This document shows positions 54,251-64,000 of a DNA stretch of 64,000 bases, in pieces. Source of the DNA: the human T2T-CHM13v2.0 reference genome, Homo sapiens. Location: assembly GCF_009914755.1 (NCBI RefSeq), contig NC_060930.1. The stretch is one strand, 5' to 3'. Positions within the stretch are counted from its first letter, which is position 1. Every line of letters starts with the position of its first letter. The translations under genes were made by a program, and so were the position numbers. The notes under the pieces were generated by a model. It did no database searches, was not told the DNA's origin, and saw only the letters and a program-made list of their open reading frames with translations.

Positions 54251-56011
54251 TGATGTTCTAGTTCTTGTGATGTTAGCTTGTTAACCTGAGATCTTTCCTA
54301 GCTTTTTTACGTGGGCATTTAGTGCTATAAATTTCCTCCTCAACACTGCTTTAGCTGCATCCCAGAGATTGTGGTGCTTTGTATCTTTGTTCTCATTAGT
54401 TTCAAAGAACTTCTTGATTTCTGCCTTAATTTCATTATTTACCCAAAAGTCATTCAGAGCAGGTTGTTCAATTTCCATTTAGTTGTATGGTTTTGAGTGA
54501 TTTTCTTAATCTTGAGTTCTAATTTGATTGCACTGTTTATTATGATTTCAGTACTTTTGCATTTACTGAGGAGTGTTTTACTTCAGATTATGTGATCCAT
54601 TTTAGAGTATATGCTGTGTGACAATGAGAAGAATGTATATGCTCTTCTATTTGGGTAGAGAGTTCTGTAGATACCTATCAGGTCTGCTTGAGCTGTCACT
54701 CAGTCAGGAGAACTGGGATCAGGGTCCCACTTAAAGGAGTAATCTGGCTGTGTTTTGGTGGAGCAGCTGTACTTTACTGAGGACCCCTTTTGTCCCTGAT
54801 CCATTTGGGCTGCCCAAGGTCCACAGGCTGGACCAGCTGAGAAACCCAAACAGCAAAGGTGGTGGCCTGCTCCACCCACCATGCCCGCTGTCTTAGAGAG
54901 AAATTAGAACTCTTGTCAGCTGTAGTACACAGAGGGAGGTGGCTGGAGACCCCAAGTGGGAGGACCCACCCTCGAGGGGGATTTGTAACTCGGGGTCTCA
55001 TTTAAAGAAGCAGTCTGGCAATGCCTCAACAAAACAGCTGTGCCATGCTGTGGAACCACTTTTGCCCTGGTCAGCTTGGACTCTTCAAAGCCCGCAGGCT
55101 GGAACCGCTGAGTCGTCAAAACAACCAAGGTGGTGGCCTGCCCCTCCCGCAAGGCACTCTGTCCGAGGGAGAGACCAGACCTCTGTCCATAGAATATGGG
55201 CTGGTAGGGGGAGCTCAGGCCTCTGGTGGGAGGTCCCACTTAGCGAGAAGGAATAGATCGGGGTCCTGCTTGAGGAAGCAGTCTGGCCACATTCTGGCAA
55301 AGCAGCTGTGCTGTGCGGCGGGACTCGCTGCTCATCCAGACCGTTTGTACTCTGCAAAGCCCACGGGCTGGAATGGCTGAGTTGTTTAAACTGCAGAGAT
55401 GGCAGCCCACCTCTCCCCACTGGGGTTCCATCCCCTCTCAGGCAGCCTCCACACTGTTTCCAGCTGCCTGGAATTCCAAGCCACTGGGTCTTATCTTGTG
55501 AGGAAATGGGGCCTGTAGAACTGACACTGCTCTGCTCCCTAGATTTAGCCGCCTTCCTAGGGGTATGTATGAACCTCCTGCCTTGCTGGGGATCCCGGGG
55601 CCAGAGTATGTAAAGCTCTGGGTCTCTGTGCTGCCTGAGCAACCGCTCTGTTGAGACTCCACAGAGTTCTGTGTGTTGGACCCAAGGCCCTGGTGGCATG
55701 GGCTCATGAGGGGATCTCCAGATCTGAGGGTTGCAAAGATCCGTGGTTTCTTAGGGTTGTACATTCGTTCACTGCTTCCCTTAACTGGGGGTGGGGGTTC
55801 CCTTGACTACATGTCACTCCCAGTTGGGCCATCACCTCACCATACTTTTCTTCATTCTCCCTGGGTTGAGTTGTTTTCCTGATCAGTCCCAGTGCAAGTA
55901 CCTGGATATTTCAGTAGAAGGTGCTGTATTTACTCACCCCCCTTTTGTTGCTCTCTGTGAGTGCCACGCACTACAGCTGCTTCTGTTCCACCGTCTTGGC
56001 CCCCGATCCCT

Positions 56012-56198
56012 TGTTTTTTTTTTTTAAGTTATTTATTTTTATTTATTTTTAGAGACAGGATCTTGCCATATCTCCCAGGTTTGAATGCAGTGGCACAATC
56101 ATAGTTCACTGTATCTTCGAACTCCTGGGCTCAAGGAATCCTTCCACGTCGGCCTGCCAAAGTGCTGGGACTACATGCATGAGCCACCGCAACTGGCC
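56012..56198 (-). mobile_element. Monomeric Alu (left-arm 5' end fused to right-arm 3' end; AluJ/FAM-like)
   Basis: Reverse complement: ggcc...cagcactttggcagg...gagcccaggagttcgaagatacagtgaactatgattgtgccactgca...tctctaaaaataa. Confidence 0.8.
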
Positions 56199-57603
56199 TG
56201 TTTCCTTCGTCTAGAAAATGAGGCTCTTAGTAGTTCACTGGCATGGTGTAAGGAGTAAATTATGGAAAATATGTAAAGCACCTACCACAATATGTGGCAT
56301 ATAGTAAGCACAGAATAAGTAACCAATTCCTTCTCTTTTCTTCCTGTTTACACCGCAATTTAGAGTATTAACTGGCCTGTAAAAGATTCTGTAAAGAAAA
56401 ATGCTGTATCAGTTAGAGCCTTTTAAAAAGTGAAAATATCTTTCGGGGATCTTCCTCCCATCAGGCAAGTTGTTGGACTAGGGTCACTTCTAAGGTTTCA
56501 TTCCTATGCTGTGATTTTAGGATTCCGAAACAGTGAAAATAACTGGTATGCTTCATTAGGCAGTACAGTGTCAAGTTTAGGATAATTTACTTTGACAGAT
56601 CATAAAACAGATGTTAAAACATTTATAAACCTCAATGAATTATTTTTTAATTCACAGTCCAATTATCTTAAGATTTTAAGCCATGCTTGTTTTAGATTTC
56701 CTTGAATCATAATGATTTTGTTTGCGTATGAAAAGTAATTCCAATTCTGTATCATTATGAGACAAAATATTCAGTGAAACTCAAACTGCTTTTTTTTTAT
56801 TTTTCAAAGCCTTTTTTTCCTTTTGCATCGACTTTATTTCAGTTCTTCATAAGAATATAAAATATACTCCTTTTCATCAGAACTTTTCTTCCACAGCCAC
56901 TAAGTTCATATCATATGACTATTTGGTGGGTAACAATATTAGCAAATATGTTTATGATATCCATTCTTTATTTAACCTTACTCTTAATAAATGGAGAAAA
57001 TTATGAAATCAAGGTACTTCCCACAAGGAATTCTTAAAGGGCTTTATACCAATAACTTTTGTCTTGTGACTTCTGTTTTCTTTGCCTAGAAGGAATGGAA
57101 GAAATGAGAGGAAACTGATCTCATTTGTTTTACTCTCTCAGTGGCTAGCTATTATTTCCCTGCAGCCTGAACATTGGTTTTGTTACAGAGCTTTGTGGAC
57201 TGCCTTCTTGTTTCATGCATAGACTATGCCAACCTTGGATCGCAGTGGAGGGCAGAAGCTATTTAGAAGCACCCAACAGTGTGGCTTTTATTCTGATTGT
57301 TTTCAAATGTGCTTAGTTGGCTCAAATCAGGCTTCCCAGAACAGAATCTTAGGGTGGGGTTAGAATTAGAGCAGCATTTCTCCAGAAAGATTTACGCTGT
57401 CAACCTTTTATAAATTAGGACTCTCACTGGGCTTGCTCTAATTCTTTAAAACATTTGTATTCCAATTGCTTTCATCTTTGGTTGAGCTGTCTGGATCAGA
57501 TGTGGCCGTTCTCTCTGATTTTGCTTCTGATACACACTTAGGGCCTGTGCAGTTTCTCTCCTTTACCCTTAAGGGGCAGACTTGACTAAAATTCAGAGAT
57601 ATC

Positions 57604-58139
57604 TGTGTTTTCTATTGCTGCCAAAATACCCAAATACCGTTCCAAAATACCCAAAACTTAAAGGGTACACCCCCAACTTAAAGCAACACAGATTTAATGT
57701 CTTACAGTTCTGTAGGTTTAGAGTCCAACACACATATCAATGGTCTAAAATCAAGGTGTCAACAGAGCCGCATTCCTTTCTGGAGAATTCTCTAGGGGAC
57801 TATCTGTTTCCTAGCCCCATCTAACTTCTTGCGGCCTCTCACATTTTTTGGTTCATGGCTCTTCTTCTGTCTTCAAAGCCACAGAAATTGCATCTCGCGC
57901 ATCTCGCTGACCCTTCTTCTATAGTCACAGCATCTGCTCAATGACCACAGCTAGGGGAAGTTCACCAATTTTAAAGGCATGTGATTAGGTTGGGCCCATC
58001 TGGGTAATCCAGGCTACTATTCCCATCTCAAGGTTTTTAATTACACCTGCAAAGTCCCTTTTGCCATGTAAGGTAACATATTCATAGTTCGAAGGATTAG
58101 GACATGGACATTTTGGGGACAATTATTCTGCATATCACA
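57604..58139 (-). mobile_element. MLT1 (D/E-like) MaLR solo LTR
   Basis: cttacagttctgtagg, aaaatcaaggtgtc, ctgcaaagtcccttttgccatgtaaggtaacatattca; ends attattctgcatatcaca. Confidence 0.85.
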
Positions 58140-58745
58140 ATCCCTTTCTCTTTTCCTTAGTAGACCACACTAGTCTGGTGACTTGAAGGAACCTAGCCAT
58201 TTCTCTTCTACCTCACCACAGTGGGCCCAGGATATAGTCATTTTAAAAACATAAAACCCAGTGTATCAGGCTCCAGGCCAGGGCTTCTCAGCTGACTGTT
58301 TCTATTGGTGTAACAGACTGGATTTTGGCTGTCTCTCCCTCTACTTTCCTCCAGCAGTCTTTGGTCTTGTTTTGAGATGTTTTCCCTCCTGTGGTCCTCA
58401 GTCTGCCAGTGTTCTTCCTATAACTTTATCTCTGTGTGTCAGGATATACACTGTACTCTATAGAAATGGCAGTGGAACCCCAACAATTGTGGGTGTTTGG
58501 GTAATAATCCACAACCTTATCATTCCCAACACCCTTCCCATTGTAGCTTTCCTCTATAAAGAGAAGTTTGGAGCTCCTAAAACCAGATCTGAAATTTATT
58601 TATTCAATTAATCATTCAAATGTGCAAGATGTGGGGAGAATTGGATATAGAGATATGGCTCCTGCCCTCAAGAAATTAATAGTCAAACAGGGAGAAGGAC
58701 ATGAAATACAAGCATTGCTGTATGTGGGATGGATGTCTGTATATA

Positions 58746-59383
<638 letters not shown>

Positions 59384-62300
59384 ATATGTGTATATTTATA
59401 TATGTGTGTTAGTTATCTGTTATAATGGGAGCACAGGAAAGATAAGCCCTTAAATTTCCCTCAGGGATTCAGGGAAAGTTGTCCAGAGGCAGCTAGGGTT
59501 GAGCAGCAGATGTCATGACACTACTAACCAGATAAGTCTTCTCCTTTCACTCAGGCCTTATGGAATAAGCTATGCTTGTGGAATTTTTTATGTGGAAAAG
59601 AATTACATGAAACAATCTGCATTGCTCTTCTCACTGTTTTTAGAGGGAATCAGTAGGAATCAGAATACTGGCTGACTCTTTAGGTATGTGGGCTTATATG
59701 AATTTTTTAGCTCTTTAATCCTTAGTTTTTCCATTAGTAGTACCCAACTTGCTGAATTGTGAGGTTTGAATGAATTATTAAGGTTAAGCTTTTAGAATGG
59801 GACCTACTACCCAGAAAATATTTAACAATATTATTGTAATGTATCACTGTCACCATTTATTACTACAATCTCTCTTGAATTACTCATCACTTTTCTGACA
59901 TCATCATATGAAACAAGTTTTTTAATTCATGCCAGCTTCTCCCTCTTACTTACGGTTTAGGAGTTGCCTCTAATGCCTAAGGAAACGTGTAGCCCTCTGG
60001 TTGTACTGCAAAAGTGGTTGCATTTTGAAGGCAGGTGTATACAACTTCCAGAGTAAGAATATGTGTATTCAGGTGTAGGCGTTGTCAGTTTCCAATAAGA
60101 TAATTTATAATGCTTAATTTATATTAGGAAGATCTCACATTGTTCTCTTCTGTAAATTATGCATGTATTTGTAAATCTAAAAGAAACTTTGATTTTTCTC
60201 TCTGATTAAGGTGTATAATTATAATCTTAAATAAAAGTGAAGTTCAAAGTAGCTTCATTTAAAATATTAATAGACAAAACATAAGATCAGTTCTTTTAGG
60301 GATTGGTTTGTCAGCCACATGTTAGATCTGCTTAGAAATCTTCAGTGAAATAGGAAACATTGTATAAATGTTACCTAATGTAAATACTGCTAAATTTAAG
60401 ATATACTAAAATTTGAGTATTTTCCCTTTAGTCTCAAATAAGCAAAAGGAAATCTGAGTTATATGAAAATGAAAGCATGTATTCAGCTTTTATAAAACCA
60501 TTATAAATAAGTTATTTTTCCTACCAAGTTAAATAGGATATGTTTACATGTTTTAAATTTTAGTTTTATTAGTTACAGTATCATATTGTGAATAGTAGCA
60601 AATATGTCCTTATATAGTTCTGGGTTCTTGCTTTATAATGTACATAGACAAATATCTTTTTAAAAAAATTTTTGTGTTCCACAGACGCAACAGGTTTTGA
60701 TAATTTCTTATTTCACCTGTTGGTTACAGTCACAATAATATGTTCTTTCTTCTACCTTATGATTGACCATTTCTGACATAAAAGTTAAGAATTTGTATCA
60801 TCTAAACAGCCTTTTATGTCCTTTCTCTTTTTTCATACATCTTGATAATTGTAGTGTTTTTCATGTTTGCTTCTATTTTCTATCTTTCCGAGTTTGCAAA
60901 ACATTATTAAAACTTCATTTCTAGTTCTTCACTAATAGGACCCAAATCTAAGTCTCTCAACTTCAGGCTCTACTTAAGTATCCAGAGTTCACAATTCAGC
61001 GACCGTTTCCAGGGTGGAGGCCTGTAGAAGAATCAGTCCTATTTTTACAAAAACAGAGAAATTTGTGCTCCTAATATTTGCATAGTCATAAAATTGCAAA
61101 AGTTATATTGGTTTTACAATTTTAAATTGATAGGCAATTATGATTTTTGTAAATGACATTCTAATAAAAATTATCAACATTTGGTTATGGTAGCGATGGT
61201 GAAGAAACACAGTGAAAGCAAATATTTTCTTATGTCACTTATACATGTACAACAATGGCCATATTTCTGAAATGTAAATGAAAGTATAATGCCTTCTTCG
61301 ATTTTTATTTTGACCACTGAGTAAATTAAACCTTCAATAATCTCATAAAAATGAGATATTTTCTTGCTATACCTCTGATATCCCCTGTCCCCTGAAAAAA
61401 TATGAAATTAGTACAGAGCCAGTAAAAAATACCAAGAACATCCAGGATAGATTCTATCCTAACCTAAACAAGCTTATATTATGAAAGTGGTGTTATTTTT
61501 TAACAGATCATAAATTAGACAATATAGGTCATCTAGGGCCGATAACTTCTCCCCATGCAGCTGTTGTCACTCTTGGGAGGTGCTTCCTAGAATGTGTGCT
61601 GAGAAGGATGCTATAATTAGTGATGTCTGCCTTGGGTGCAGAATATCAGTAGTGGTTAGGAGCAGTACACATTTTCCATCCTTAAGTATCTGGATGGGAA
61701 GAGATCTAGAGAACAGAATATCATATGTCTCCTGACTCATAACTTGGGATCTTTCCTCAATTCTACTGAATAACCTGTAGTGGAAAACCATGTTTCTATA
61801 GTCCTATCCCTCGTCCAGGTGGATTATCTGAACAGGACTCCTGTGGAATGGTTGTGGTAATGTAATTCATGTGGACATTGACAAGTTGCCATCATGTGGT
61901 CATGAGGATGGTGTTGGATTCCTTATGTGTGAGGCTGATAAGGGCCCTATGTTCAATTCTTAGTGGTCCTTTTAAACCTACACCTGTTTATATTTTTTAT
62001 CAACATGCCCATAACTTATTTTTCGTGAATCCACTGAAACTTCCAGAGACTTGAACTTTGCCTAAAGTTTAAAACAGGAATTTTTTAAATCCCTTAAATG
62101 AAAAATAGTTTTAAGTGTATCCCAACTAATATGAAACAGGAAACTAATGTCTAATATCCTTGGGAACTATAAAATATTCAATAGTAATCAAAACATAAAA
62201 TGATTCTCTTCTGTCTTTCCGTTATTCTCTACTTCCAATTACATTTTGTAAAATGTAAACAATTGCACCTGCAATTGATGGAAAAATACCATCATGAAAT

Positions 62301-62587
62301 CAAATGTGTTTTCTGACTTCATATATGTATTGTAGTATTTAATATTAAGTAAGCTCAGAAGATACTTACATGGAATCTACTGCCTTTTCTGAGCACAAGA
62401 GAAGCAATGATTAATAGAATGTGGTACTTGCTCCAAGGAGCATTCATTTAAGAGGAGGGATGCTCCTATTTGGGTCTTCACTGTATAAAGCATTTATATG
62501 TATATTACTTAACAACTAAAAGGTATGTACTTATGCAGAATACTGCCATCATTGCTCTTTTCTTTACTGTAATGGTACCATTCATGA

Positions 62588-62948
<361 letters not shown>

Positions 62949-63399
62949 AGACGTGTGTTTTCTAAAGTGGATTTATTAGAAATTGGGATCCCCTTAACCA
63001 TCTTTACTTAGAGGAGACTTTGGCTTAGTGACCTACAGTTGTGTGTAAATGAAAAGCAAAATTAATGGGAAGTATACTCACAAAAGAAGGACTTTAAAGT
63101 TGCAAAAATAGCATGCATCAAGAATAGTATAAAATTTTAATTCCTCCATCGTCACCAATAAACATTTATGGAGAATCCCCAGAGTGACTGACTCTGGATT
63201 TTACATCTTATGTTAAACTAACTCTTGCATTCTGTTCTTGCTGTTTTATAATTACCCCAAATGTTCTCTGTTACTTCTCCTAATGATTCTTCTTTTTTTT
63301 TCTTTTTTCTTTTTTTTTTTTTTTTTGCATACAGCAGAGAATGCCTGTGGGTTTAAAAATTTTTTAACTAATCTTGATGAATCAATTATAATTTATAAA

Positions 63400-63635
63400 A
63401 GTGGAGCATAACAGTTAAGAGCTCATGCTATGGAATTGGACAGAGCTGATTTCAGATACTGTTCTGCCACATGCAAAGTGCATAACTGGACTAGTCACTT
63501 ACCTTTCTGAACCTCAGTTTCCTCATCTCTGAAGGGGATGATGAAGGTTCAGCCCTCTCATAGGGCTCATGACAATTAATGAGATAATGTCACATGCTTA
63601 ATACCAGCATCTTGTATGCTCCATAGGTGTTAGCT
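63400..63635 (+). mobile_element. MIR SINE
   Basis: agtcacttacctttctgaacctcagtttcctcatctctgaagggg...attaatgagataatg is the MIR core. Confidence 0.85.
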
Positions 63636-64000
63636 GTCTGTTTGTAATAATATTTTTGTGTTTGGTTACACAAACCCACTTTCTTCATTTGTTTTCTGCT
63701 ATTAATGCCTTTTGAAGTATTGTGTTGTTTGTGAACACATAGTACAAATTGACTTTTGTTTTTTTAATTATCAATTTTGTTTCTGTAACTGCACAGAAAA
63801 GTGATAAATTGTGAGCTTATATTTTCTTTTAATACATAGATATCGCCTCCCAACATACATGAATTTTAAGACACTAAAAACCCCTTAAAGATCTTTTCTT
63901 AATCAGTGTTTAGTAAATGGGCTTACATTCTAGCGTATAGACCAATTCAAACTGTTCTACAGTAGAGAGGAATTTGTATGTTGGCCAGTTTTTCATACAG

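Noticed and set aside
54700-56027. Dense overlapping ORFs up to 204 aa
   Set aside because: GC-rich repetitive L1 5'UTR is stop-poor; no recognisable protein motifs

Overview
Primate (very probably human) nuclear DNA, AT-rich and intronic. It contains one convincing coding exon: 13548-13634 (+), 87 nt, encoding [30 protein letters not shown] recognise this as the penultimate coding exon (exon 9, about c.952-1038) of BCKDHB, the branched-chain keto-acid dehydrogenase E1 beta subunit and an MSUD type Ib gene. About 13.5 kb of the upstream intron and over 50 kb of the downstream intron fill the rest. The introns are dense with transposable elements. These include a four-level nest at about 29.8-42.8 kb (L1 > antisense MER41A provirus > full-length THE1 > MER11 solo LTR, plus two Alus), a second large antisense L1 carrying THE1B and Alu insertions, a dozen Alus, an ERV1 solo LTR, MLT1, Tigger and hAT elements, MIRs and L2. 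None of the supplied long ORFs is a credible host gene. I see no clearly new biological system. The best leads are a textbook 3' splice site at 47900 that would give an in-frame alternative terminal exon (IYPHERTSVKFSVN*), a recursive-splice/21-nt microexon-like module at 23506, a duplicated PBS plus splice-donor leader in the MER41 provirus, and a templated partial THE1 LTR copy. Repeat subfamily names come from memory of consensus sequences and need RepeatMasker/Dfam confirmation.
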